Assembly: GCA_037441475.1 (NCBI GenBank) | Contig: JBBISB010000001.1 | Span: 156,418-188,417, forward strand | Reading direction: 5' to 3' | DNA length: 32,000 nt | Source: Candidatus Iainarchaeum sp. | GTDB lineage: Archaea > Iainarchaeota > Iainarchaeia > Iainarchaeales > CSSED10-239 | Shown: positions 17,845-27,268 of the stretch, piece by piece | Layout: the number at the start of each line of letters is the position of its first letter | Numbering within the stretch: position 1 is the first letter of the stretch | Translations under genes and position numbers: made by a program | The notes under the pieces: generated by a model | What the model was told of the DNA's origin: nothing | Databases searched by the model: none | The model's input: only the letters and a program-made list of their open reading frames with translations

Positions 17845-18750
17845 CTACATTGCTTCAAGTCTTTTAATTCTTTCTTCAATTGGAGGATGTGTTGCAAACA
17901 TTCCTGAAAGACCTCTTCCTCTAAAAGGATTTGCTATGTAAAGATGAGCTGTTCCTCTTGATGCTGCCTGTACAGGGACATTAACACCAGATATTTTTCT
18001 TAAAGCATTTGCAAGACCTTTAGGGTATCTTGTCATCTCAGCTCCAAAAGCATCAGCTAAATACTCTCTTTTTCTTGAAATTGACATCTGTATCATTGCC
18101 CCAATTATTGGAGAAAGAATAACAAAGATAACAGCAATGATTAAGAGAACAGGACTTCTATTATCATTTCCTCCTCTTGCACCACCAAAAATAATACCTC
18201 TTAAAGCAATATCTGAAACCATCATTACAAGTCCAAAAAGAACAGTTGCCATTGTCATAACCTTAATATCTCTGTTTTTAATGTGGGATAGTTCATGAGC
18301 AATAACACCTTCAAGCTCCTCTCTGTTTAAAACTTCTAAAAGACCAAAGGTTACTGCAACTGAAGAGTGTTTAGGATTTCTTCCTGTTGCAAAGGCATTA
18401 GGAGATTTATCCTCAATTATATACACTTTTGGTTTTGGAAGACCAGAAGCCATTGAAAGACCTTCAACTAAGTTATCTAAAAATTTATGTTTTGGATATT
18501 TATCAGGCTCTATTGGTTTTGCTCTTGAAGTTGCTAGAACAATCTTATCTCCTGCGTAGTAACCTACCAAAGCATAGATTATTGCAAAGAAACCAGCAAA
18601 GAAAAGTATACCTACCCCAAAGTCTGAAAAGATATAGTTTAAGGCAACACCAATAATACCTATGAAAACAAAAAAGAAGAAAAATAACATATATGTCTTT
18701 AAATTATTATTTCTTACTTCTCTATAAAAATCAGTTTTGTAACCAGTCAT
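17845..18750 (-). CDS. htpX: HtpX-like M48 family zinc metalloprotease
   Basis: 301 aa; HELSHIKNRD zinc motif, N-terminal TM pair, SPNAFATGRNPKHSSVAVTFGLLEVLN, KREYLADAFGAEMTR, THPPIEERIKRL. Confidence 0.95.
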   Translation of the reverse strand: MTGYKTDFYREVRNNNLKTYMLFFFFFVFIGIIGVALNYIFSDFGVGILFFAGFFAIIYALVGYYAGDKIVLATSRAKPIEPDKYPKHKFLDNLVEGLSMASGLPKPKVYIIEDKSPNAFATGRNPKHSSVAVTFGLLEVLNREELEGVIAHELSHIKNRDIKVMTMATVLFGLVMMVSDIALRGIIFGGARGGNDNRSPVLLIIAVIFVILSPIIGAMIQMSISRKREYLADAFGAEMTRYPKGLANALRKISGVNVPVQAASRGTAHLYIANPFRGRGLSGMFATHPPIEERIKRLEAM

Positions 18751-18850
18751 TTATCATCACGTTTTTTCGTTATTTTTTTATAAACCTTTTTTTTAAACAC
18801 ATATAATTAGTACATATAATATATATGTAAACAAATATAAAAAGATATTC

Positions 18851-19840
18851 TTATTTTAAAAGAGTTGAATTTAGGGAGCTAACACAGTTTGCATCAATTC
18901 CTAACTTCATTTCAATACTTTTTGCAAAGTCCTTTGTAAACCCATGTATGGTAAACACCTTTTTAGGGTTAACCTGGTTTATAAAATCAAGAAGAGAATT
19001 ATAGTCACAATGATCAGAGACAGGCACAAGGTTTGCACCAATTGAGTATTTCCAACCTGTTAAGACATAGGAGGATATTTTTTTAAAGATTTGATGTTCT
19101 AAACTTTTTATTAAATTAGGGCTCATTAAAGATAAAGGCATAACTAAGACATCTGAAGAATGTATGTTGTAATCAAGAAGAGTAAACTTAAGATTATTAG
19201 AATGGTTATTGTATACTTGAGAATATCTAAAAGTATCTTTATCAACCAAAGGTGTAACTTTTAAGTATTCGTTTAGAAAAGAAATAATCTCTTGATTTTT
19301 ACCTAAGGAATAACCTGCAAGGATTACAAACTTGTTTTCAAAAAGATCTTGTTTTATTTTTTTAAAAAGATCATCATAAACTAAACTTCTTTCAGGAAAA
19401 CTAAACTCCTCTCTTCCAAAGGTTGAATCAATAACTAAAATATCTGCATTAACTGGTTTTGCACCTTTTAAAAGTAAAGAGGTTTTTGTGTTAAAGTCTC
19501 CTGTATAAAGTAGAGATTTTTTTTCATCTTCAAATAAAAACATTGAGCTTCCTAAAATATGTCCAGCATTTAAAGCAGTTACTTTTAAGTTATCTGTTAT
19601 AGAGACTTGTTCATTATACTTTACTTCTTGAAAATTAAATTTATTATTATCATACCTTCCCTCTAAAAGATCAATTGTTTCTTTAGTTGCAAATGTCTTT
19701 TGAGAGGTATTACAAACATGATCTGTATGTGCATGTGTTAAAAATAAATATTCGTCTATTGAACATGCTTTTGTTTGATCTAAATTTATTTTTAGGTTAT
19801 CTTTTAGGATACTAAAAAAGGAAGAATATTCAAATTTCAT
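18851..19840 (-). CDS. Metallo-beta-lactamase-fold exonuclease (mRNA 3'-end processing / SNM1-YSH1-like)
   Basis: 329 aa; FLTHAHTDHV, ALNAGHILGSSMFLFE, LLYTGDFNTK, DILVIDSTFG, VPVSDHCDYNSLLDFI. Confidence 0.8.
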   Translation of the reverse strand: MKFEYSSFFSILKDNLKINLDQTKACSIDEYLFLTHAHTDHVCNTSQKTFATKETIDLLEGRYDNNKFNFQEVKYNEQVSITDNLKVTALNAGHILGSSMFLFEDEKKSLLYTGDFNTKTSLLLKGAKPVNADILVIDSTFGREEFSFPERSLVYDDLFKKIKQDLFENKFVILAGYSLGKNQEIISFLNEYLKVTPLVDKDTFRYSQVYNNHSNNLKFTLLDYNIHSSDVLVMPLSLMSPNLIKSLEHQIFKKISSYVLTGWKYSIGANLVPVSDHCDYNSLLDFINQVNPKKVFTIHGFTKDFAKSIEMKLGIDANCVSSLNSTLLK

Positions 19841-19887
19841 ATTTAGATCATTTTTGTCTATATTTTTTAATAAAAATAGATATTAAA

Positions 19888-20096
19888 TGGGGACACCGGG
19901 ATTCGAACCCGGGTCTACAGGTTTCTCCTATTCTAATTTCACTTCTCTAAATTTAATTAGATTAAAATAAAATTAAACAAACCTGTAAGCTATCAATCAT
20001 CTGTTTTTTTTAAAAAAACATCTTGCGATCCAGATTAATTATCAAAGATAAAAATATCTGGAGCCTGTAAGGTTAACCTGGCTACCCCATGTCCCC
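19888..20096 (-). tRNA. trnW: tRNA-Trp(CCA) containing a 135-nt intron at position 37/38
   Basis: Minus strand: acceptor GGGGACA/TGTCCCC with discriminator A, D-arm GGGT-AGCCAGGTTA-ACCT, anticodon stem ACAGG/CCTGT, loop CTCCAG|A (anticodon CCA), T-arm CCGGG-TTCGAAT-CCCGG. Mature length is 74 nt after removing 19923..20057. CCA is not encoded. Confidence 0.93.
19923..20057 (-). other. tRNA-Trp intron with canonical bulge-helix-bulge
   Basis: 5' exon CTCC pairs with intron GGAG (4-bp central helix); 3-nt bulges AGA and AAA; inner helix TATT/AATA. Predicted cuts AG|A and AA|A regenerate a normal 7-nt anticodon loop. Confidence 0.88.
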
Positions 20097-20176
20097 CATT
20101 TAATAAATATATACAATAAAGTATTTATATGTTTGTGAAAAATAAAAAATAAATAGAAAAAGAAAAAAAAGAAAAA

Positions 20177-20734
20177 TTAGAAAGAAACCTTAACGTTCTT
20201 TCTTTCTTCTGCTGGAGCCTCAAAGAATACTTCCTTCTTGAAATTAAACATACTTGCAAAGATGTTTGATGGAAACATTTCTATCTTGTTGTTATATAAC
20301 ATAACAGAGTCATTATAGAATTGTCTTGCGTATGCTATTTTGTTTTCAATACCTGCAAGCTCTTCTTGAAGCATTAAAAAGTTTTGACTTGCTTTTAAGT
20401 CAGGATAGTTTTCAACAGCAATGTTAAGTCCTGATAAAGCTCTTGAAAGTTCGTTGTTTGCTTTAGCTTTCATTGTCATATCAGTAGCACTCATTGCTTG
20501 TGATCTTAGTTGAGTAATCTTTGTAAAAGTCTCTTTTTCATGTTTCATGTATCCTTTAACAGTCTCAATTAAGTTTGGAACAAGATCGTATCTTTTCTTT
20601 AATTGAACATCGATCTGACTCCATGAGTTTTTAACTCTGTTTCTTAATCTTACAAGACTATTGTAGATACCAAAGACAATTAAAAAAAGAACACCAACTA
20701 TGATTAAAATTATTATCCAAGTTGCCATAGTCAT
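20177..20734 (-). CDS. LemA family protein
   Basis: 185 aa; N-terminal TM then YNSLVRLRNRVKNSWSQIDVQLKKRYDLVPNLIETVKGYMKHEKETF, ENYPDLKASQNFLMLQEELAGIENKIAYARQFYNDSVMLYNNKIEMFPSNIFA. Confidence 0.97.
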   Translation of the reverse strand: MTMATWIIILIIVGVLFLIVFGIYNSLVRLRNRVKNSWSQIDVQLKKRYDLVPNLIETVKGYMKHEKETFTKITQLRSQAMSATDMTMKAKANNELSRALSGLNIAVENYPDLKASQNFLMLQEELAGIENKIAYARQFYNDSVMLYNNKIEMFPSNIFASMFNFKKEVFFEAPAEERKNVKVSF

Positions 20735-20919
20735 TCTCCCCCGTTTAGATACCTATTTTACTTTATAAAAAGTCTTTTGTTTTTGTTAATATTATATATT
20801 ATAGATAAAAAAGAATAAAAACAAATGTTTTTTGTAACGTACAATTATTTTTTGTAAAGTGCTATTTTTCCTTGTTATTTTTAAGATGTTTATATATTAA
20901 AAAAGAAAAAGAAGAAAAA

Positions 20920-21192
20920 TTATCCAAGATAACAATCTTCTGGACAATTTAATGGTGTTTCTCCGATAGCATAGTTACAGTCTAAGTCTCCACAATAAGG
21001 GGCAACTGAAAACTGTTTCTTTGCACTATACATGCTACCATTTACATAATAATTTTCTTTTAAATCCTTACTACTTAAGGAAACAAAGAAGATATTTGTA
21101 AAGATAAAGATAGCAATTGTAGCTACGGATATTAAAACCATTCCTTTCTGTCTGTTGTTAGGCATATTTATTCCTCCACTGTATGAAATCAA
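20920..21192 (-). CDS. Small membrane/secreted protein with CGDGxC-like Cys motif
   Basis: Hydrophobic helix KGMVLISVATIAIFIFTNIFFVSL, then YCGDLDCNYAIGETPLNCPEDC. Real start may be the internal MPNNRQKG (ATG about 9 codons in). Confidence 0.6.
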   Translation of the reverse strand: MISYSGGINMPNNRQKGMVLISVATIAIFIFTNIFFVSLSSKDLKENYYVNGSMYSAKKQFSVAPYCGDLDCNYAIGETPLNCPEDCYLG

Positions 21193-21581
21193 GTTTTTGA
21201 AAGTTTTTTTAAATTACAAAGGGTATTTATCTGTATGAACATTTTGTTTGTAATTTAAACTTTGGTTTTCTAAAAAAAGTCTTTTTTAGGAATTAAAGAG
21301 TAAATCAAATATATTATAAAAAGAACTGCTTTAGTTATCAAACCATTTTCTCGTAATGGTTTACAAATCAAAAAATAATTATGTAAAGATAAATTATAAA
21401 AAATTAAAAAGTTATTTTTTAGTTATGTAAAAAAAGTCTTTTTAATTATATTTAATATTTAAAGAGAAATAAAATATTAAATTTTTTTAAAAATAAAATT
21501 TATTTTTTGTAGAAAATTTAAAAAATATTTATTTTTTTAAAAAAAAGAAGAATTTAAAAAAAAGAAAAAGAGAAAAAAAAT

Positions 21582-22529
21582 CTATTTTCTAGATTTTTTA
21601 ATTAACTTTGGGAATATAGACTTATTCTTTGGTTTTTCTTTTAAAGCATCCTTTGGTTTATTTCCTATTGCTCTACTCAGCCTTACAAAACCACTACTTT
21701 TACCTTTTGTAACACCAACCTCAGCATACATAGAAAATTTTCCATTAACATTTGGTTTTAAGAAAAAACCAACATTAACATCAGGAGCTTTTTTACCCTT
21801 TTGACCAAAGACACCTATGTAAGGCACAAAAATTATCTTTTTTACTTAAATCCATATATCCTTGTAAACCAAATAAGCATTCTTTAATTTAGCATTACTT
21901 TGATTAACAACTCTTAAAGAGCCAGTTAATTTTTTAGATAACTTAAACTCTTGAATTATATCATACTGAGATAATTTTTTACCATCTGGGAAAGTTAAAG
22001 AAATACCAGTAGAAGTATTCTTAGTAGAAGCAGTTGCTTGTAAAACCACATCAGAAAGAACAAAAGAATTAAGTTTTTGATTATAGCCAAGCCTTAAGTC
22101 TATAGGTGTGTTTAAAACCTTTGAAAGATTCATAGCTAAATATATCTGTTCATATGCTTTCTTACTTACAGGTTTATTATCTATTATATAGTTATTACTG
22201 CCTACCTCAACACCTACATTATAAGTTCCAGAAAAAAGTTTATTTGAAATATCTCTACCATATCTATATTCAAAATTTGACATTAAAAAATCTAAAGAAC
22301 TTTTATCTATATTCTGTATTAAAAAAGTATTTGAGTGAATAGAATGTCCAGCACCTTCAACAATAGGAGTTATTGATTTATCTCTAATTCCTGATAGCTC
22401 TTGACCAGACAATTTACTTGAACCAACAGAAATAGTTCCTAAAGCAACAGCTGTTGCTGTTACTTTTCTAGGATCTTGTAGAAATGATTTTATAAAAGAT
22501 ATTTTATCTTTGAAATTAATAATAATCAC
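21582..22529 (-). pseudogene. Gene of unknown function interrupted by an in-frame TAA (or two overlapping-origin ORFs of 227 and 81 aa)
   Basis: ORF 21846..22529 (start GTG, overlapping ppsA stop as GTGA) and ORF 21582..21827 are in the same frame, separated only by TAA GTA AAA AAG ATA ATT TTT before the GTG of the second ORF. Confidence 0.55.
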
Positions 22530-24928
22530 CTTTTCTTTTCTTTATTTGAAACTAAGATCTTTGTCTTAATTAAAGTATCTGGGTTTAGACTCATAGAATC
22601 AATGCCAATAGATACTAAAAATTCAGCAAAGTCAGGATAATCAGATGGAGCTTGACCACAGATACCTATATACTTGTTCTTCTTCTTTGCAATCTTTACA
22701 ACATTTGTTATAAGCTCTTTAACAGCTGGATTTCTTTCATCATAAATACTTGCAACAATCTCTGAGTTTCTATCAAGACCTAAAGTTAACTGTGTTAAGT
22801 CATTTGAACCTATGGAAAAACCATCAAAGACATCTAAAAACTCATCAGCTAAAATAACATTTGAAGGAATCTCACACATACCAATAACTTTTAAACCATT
22901 CTTACCTTTTTCTAAACCATTCTTCTTAAGTTCAGCAATTACTTTTTTAGCTTCCTCAACAGTTCTACAAAAAGGTATCATAACCTCTAGATTTACAAGA
23001 CCCATCTCCTCTCTTACCTTTTTTATAGCCCTACACTCTAAAGCAAAACCTTCTCTGTAGTTACCTTGGTAATATTTTGAAGCTCCTCTCCACCCTATCA
23101 TTGGATTAGATTCAATTGGTTCATATTCTTTTCCACCAATTAAATTTGCATACTCATCAGACTTAAAGTCAGAGGTTCTTAAGATAACTTTCTTAGGGTA
23201 GAAGGCAGCTGCTATTCTTGCTATACCTTGAGCTAATTTATCTACAAAGTACTCAACCTTATCATCATAACCTAAAGTAAGTTTATCAATTTCTTCTTTA
23301 ACAGCTCTATCTTTTATTTTATTATAATTGATTAAAGCTAAAGGGTGTATCTTTATCCAAGAATCAATAATAAACTCCTCTCTTGCAAGACCAACACCAT
23401 CTGAAGATAAGAAAGATTGTTCAAAGGCTTGTTCAGGGTTTCCAATATTTAACATTATTTTTGTTTTTGTTGTTGGTATCTTTTCAATATCTTGAACCTC
23501 TTTTTTAAACTTTAAGGTGCCTTGGTAAACATAACCATAATCTCCTGAAGAACAGTCAATGGTTATTAAAGATTTATCTTTTATTTTTAAGGTAGAATCT
23601 ATTGTTCCAACAATACATGGTATACCTAATTCTCTTGCGATGATTGCGGCATGACAAGTTTTTCCACCTTTGTTTGTAACAATACCTGCTGCTATTTTCA
23701 TAATAGGTACCCAATCAGGGTCTGTCATTTCTGTTATTAAGATATCTCCTTTCTTAAACTTATTAATATCTTTAACATCTTTGATAATTGAGGCAGTTCC
23801 TGTTGCTATCTTTTGGCCTATTGAAATACCAGAAACAATTGGTTCTTTCTTATCTAAGATTGAGTATGTTTCTATTTTGTTTAAATTTTTATTAGATTGT
23901 ACTGTTTCTGGTCTTGCTTGAACAATGTATAGTTTCTTTGTTAAACCATCAATTGCCCATTCCATGTCCATTGGTTTATAGTAGCCAGCTTTCTCTGAAT
24001 AATAGTCTTCTATAATGCATGCCCATTTTGCTAAAGTTAAAACATCTTTGTCACTTACACAGTATTTGTTTCTTTCTGCAATCTCAACGTTTATGTTTTT
24101 AACAGGTTTATTACCTTGAGTATCATAAACCATTCTTATTGCTTTTTCTCCAAGTCTTTTTGAAATAATTGCATTTTTACCTTGCTTTAATGTAGGCTTA
24201 AAAATCATGAATTCATCAGGGTTAACAGCACCTTGAACAACATTCTCTCCTAAACCATAAGCACCGTTAATAACAACAACATCTTTAAAACCAGTTTCAG
24301 TATCTATTGAAAACATTACACCTGAAGAAGCTACATCACTTCTTACCATTTTTTGAACAGTTATTGAAAGTGCAACTTTTGTGTGATCAAATTTCTTTTC
24401 AACCCTGTAAGCTATTGCTCTGTTTGTGAAAAGAGAGGCAAAACATTTTCTGCAGGCATCAAGAAGTTCCTCTGGACCTTTGATGTTAAGATATGTTTCT
24501 TGTTGTCCAGCAAATGAAGCATCAGGTAAGTCTTCAGCAGTAGCTGAGGATCTTACAGCAACATCAAGTTCTTTTGTGTTTTCAGATTTTGAAAGTTTAT
24601 GATAAGCATCAATTATTTGTTTTTCAAGATCTTTTGGTATCTCTGCATTTCTTATTAATTTTCTTATGTGTGAGCCTTTTTCTGCAAGAGAAGTTAAGTT
24701 ATTTACATCTAAGTTCTTTAAAGAAGAGGTTATTACTTGTGAGATTTTGTCTTTTTCAAGTAGGTATCTATAAGCATCAGCTGTTATTGCAAAACCATTA
24801 GGAATAGCTACACCTTTTTTAGTTAAATTTCTATACATCTCTCCTAAAGATGCGTTTTTTCCTCCAACTACAGGAACATCTTCAATTGAGATTTCTGAAA
24901 ACCATAAAATATATTTTTCTTTATTCAT
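22526..24928 (-). CDS. ppsA: Phosphoenolpyruvate synthase
   Basis: 800 aa; VGGKNASLGEM, ADLPDASFAGQQETYLN, VTNKGGKTCHAAIIARELGIPCIVG, FSIGSNDLTQLTLGLDR, GICGQAPSDYPDFAEFLVSIGIDSMSLNPD. Confidence 0.97.
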   Translation of the reverse strand: MNKEKYILWFSEISIEDVPVVGGKNASLGEMYRNLTKKGVAIPNGFAITADAYRYLLEKDKISQVITSSLKNLDVNNLTSLAEKGSHIRKLIRNAEIPKDLEKQIIDAYHKLSKSENTKELDVAVRSSATAEDLPDASFAGQQETYLNIKGPEELLDACRKCFASLFTNRAIAYRVEKKFDHTKVALSITVQKMVRSDVASSGVMFSIDTETGFKDVVVINGAYGLGENVVQGAVNPDEFMIFKPTLKQGKNAIISKRLGEKAIRMVYDTQGNKPVKNINVEIAERNKYCVSDKDVLTLAKWACIIEDYYSEKAGYYKPMDMEWAIDGLTKKLYIVQARPETVQSNKNLNKIETYSILDKKEPIVSGISIGQKIATGTASIIKDVKDINKFKKGDILITEMTDPDWVPIMKIAAGIVTNKGGKTCHAAIIARELGIPCIVGTIDSTLKIKDKSLITIDCSSGDYGYVYQGTLKFKKEVQDIEKIPTTKTKIMLNIGNPEQAFEQSFLSSDGVGLAREEFIIDSWIKIHPLALINYNKIKDRAVKEEIDKLTLGYDDKVEYFVDKLAQGIARIAAAFYPKKVILRTSDFKSDEYANLIGGKEYEPIESNPMIGWRGASKYYQGNYREGFALECRAIKKVREEMGLVNLEVMIPFCRTVEEAKKVIAELKKNGLEKGKNGLKVIGMCEIPSNVILADEFLDVFDGFSIGSNDLTQLTLGLDRNSEIVASIYDERNPAVKELITNVVKIAKKKNKYIGICGQAPSDYPDFAEFLVSIGIDSMSLNPDTLIKTKILVSNKEKKR

Positions 24929-24987
24929 ATCTTTATCACACCATTTATTATTTTTAATAATATAATATACCTTCTATTTTAAAAGGT

Positions 24988-26166
24988 TTATCTTCCACCG
25001 GCACCACCGCCGCCTCCACCACCACCAAAGCCTCCACCTGAACCTGAAGAGCTTGTTGATGAAAGATTTGAAAAACTATTTGAGAGTGCAAATGAAGAAT
25101 AAACTGCAAGTCTTTTATTATTTTCAAAGTCTTTTGGGTTTAATATTTTAATATTTTTTAAAACTTCCTTTGCAACTCCAAAAGCAGTTGCATATACTAA
25201 ATATTCTTCCCAAAGAATAACATGCTTTGGAGGGTGGTTTTTAATATCTGAAAAGTCAGTAATGTATTTTTTAAATCCTTTCCACTTAAGGTTAATTACT
25301 CTTCCTTCTTTTGTAAACCTTCCAAAATATTTAGAATTAACAAGAGCTAATGATGTAAATAAGATTATTCCAAAAAACATAAAGATGAAAGGCATTCTTT
25401 CAACAAGAACCATAGTTAAAATAAATAGAAAAATTAAATAAATAATTGAACAAATTAAACCATATTTCTTTCCTTTTCTATCATACATTTCTTTATTTTT
25501 AAAAAACTTTTTATCATAAGACTCTTTTATTTCTTTTGACATTAATGAAAAGTCTTTTCTAAAATCACTTATTTTTTTCATTTGATCAAAAATATTTTCT
25601 TTAAAGTTATAATTTCCTTTTAATATTCTTGAAATTTCTTTTATATTAAATTTTTCGTACTTAAAATACTTAAATAATAATTGATCAATTTTAGAAATAT
25701 ATTCTGGAAGTTGTAAATTAAGATTATTTCTAATTAAAAAGTAATCATCTTCTTCTTTTTCTAAAAAATAAACATTTTTCCATACCAAGTACATTATAGC
25801 TGATGAAAACCAACTTTCAGAAAATTTTTCATTAAGAAAGTAATTTGCAAGAAGGGGGTCTTTATTATCTGGAAGCTCTCTGTAATATTCTTCAAAAAAA
25901 CTAACCTCTTCTCTTGATAATTCTCTTGAATACTTTCTCCAAATAAAAAATAAAAATGGAATTATTAACATAATTGCAATAATTATAAGTTGTGTTGACA
26001 AAGATAAAGGAGTTATTGATTTTAGATATTTATTATAATCCTTTTCCCAATCTTTTTCAAGTTCTCTCATTTGCTGTGAAGAATACTCGCTTCCTGAAAT
26101 ATATTGAAAATTTGTAAACCATTCTCTTGGCATTAAAAGATTAATCTCAGCAGGTTCTTTTGGCAT
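24988..26166 (-). pseudogene. DUF2207 membrane protein, C-terminal fragment (extracellular domain mostly missing)
   Basis: 392 aa beginning at EINLLMPREWFTNF...EWEKDYNKYLKS, two TM regions, and the typical Gly-rich terminus SSSGSGGGFGGGGGGGGAGGR. The usual signal peptide and about 200 aa ectodomain are absent, and there is a TGA 7 codons upstream of the start. Confidence 0.7.
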
Positions 26167-26173
26167 TACTTTT

Positions 26174-26806
26174 TTTGCAAAAAGTCATTTAGATTTTTAT
26201 GATATTATAAATGAAATTCTAACTAATTATGGTAATTTAATATTAAGTAAAAAAGTTGGAATTGTAGTTGATTTATTCATGCCTCCCAAAAGTTTTTTAA
26301 TAGAAAATAAAAATTATACAGTTCCTTTAAATGTTTTTGGAAATATTGAATATAATGTTCTAGATTTACTTGATGAAGAAATAATTGTAGGACTTCAAAA
26401 TAATTCTAGAATAAGTTTTGTTGATTTAGCTAAAAAGTTAAATTCTACTGTTGATATTATTAAAGGTAGAATTAAAAAGTTAGAAGATAAAAAGATTATT
26501 TTAAGATATAGTATTGATATTAACTATAGTTTGTTAGATTATGAGCTTTATAAGACTTTCAAATATTTTAAAGTTTTTTCAAAAGAAACAGAATTAAGAT
26601 TATTTAATTATTGTAACCAGAATCCTAATATTATTAATTACATACATCAAATTTTTTATTTTGATATTGCTTTTGAAGTAGTTGCAGAAAATTTTAAGCA
26701 ATATAATTTAATTATACAAAATATAAAACGAGAATTTTCAGATGATATAATAAAAATAGAAACTTCTATTTTAAGTGATTATTATGCATTTTCTCATAAC
26801 TATTAA
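26174..26806 (+). pseudogene. Lrp/AsnC-like double winged-helix regulator, N-terminally truncated
   Basis: Frame reads FAKSHLDFYDIINEILTNYGNLILSKKVGIVVDLFMPPKSFL...VLDLLDEEIIVGLQNNSRISFVDLAKKLNSTVDIIKGRIKKLEDKKIIL...YLSDYYAFSHNY. This corresponds to the end of the first module plus the complete second module of two-module archaeal Lrp-like proteins; the first HTH is missing. The ORF track starts it at 26279. Confidence 0.65.
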
Positions 26807-26875
26807 ATGTAAATAAATTTTACAAAACTATTTAATGTAAAATAGATTTTAATAAATAAAAAAAAGAAAAGAAAA

Positions 26876-27160
26876 CTATTCTGCTTTAATTTCAGTTTTC
26901 TTCATTCTCTTTGGTATAACAAAGTAACTCTTTGCTTTACACACTAAACATTCTGCTGTATAAACAGGTTTTTTATTCTGCTTTTTAACAGGCTTTATTA
27001 ATTTAGCTTTTCCACCATAACCAGACTTATGCTTTGCTTCATTTTTTCTAGTTCCAATAGACATAGCTCTTGCTTTCTTAGGCTTATATGCCTTTAATTT
27101 TTGTTCTGAATGTTTTTTACATTTTTTACAATATCTTTTTACTGTTTTTGGAAGGTTCAT
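26876..27160 (-). CDS. rpl44e: Ribosomal protein eL42 (L44e)
   Basis: 94 aa; MNLPKTVKRYCKKCKKHSEQKLKAYKPKKARAMSIGTRKNEAKHKSGYGGKAKLIKPVKKQNKKPVYTAECLVCKAK with zinc-ribbon cysteines. Confidence 0.95.
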   Translation of the reverse strand: MNLPKTVKRYCKKCKKHSEQKLKAYKPKKARAMSIGTRKNEAKHKSGYGGKAKLIKPVKKQNKKPVYTAECLVCKAKSYFVIPKRMKKTEIKAE

Positions 27161-27268
27161 ATCATTTCACTCTTTTTATAAATTTTAATTTTTTTAAATA
27201 AGTTGTTCACTCTTACTTTTATATAATATATATGAGCAAGCTTTAAAAACAAATTGTTTTTTAAACTT

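Noticed and set aside
19923-20057. Possible box C/D guide RNA within the tRNA-Trp intron, as in haloarchaeal tRNA-Trp introns
   Set aside because: Only weak box C-like strings (GATGATT, TTGATAA) and no CUGA box D anywhere in the intron, so a canonical C/D guide is not supported.
21582-22529. Interpretation as an outer-membrane beta-barrel
   Set aside because: The alternating pattern is suggestive, but the rest of the window is archaeal and there is no independent support for an outer-membrane protein.
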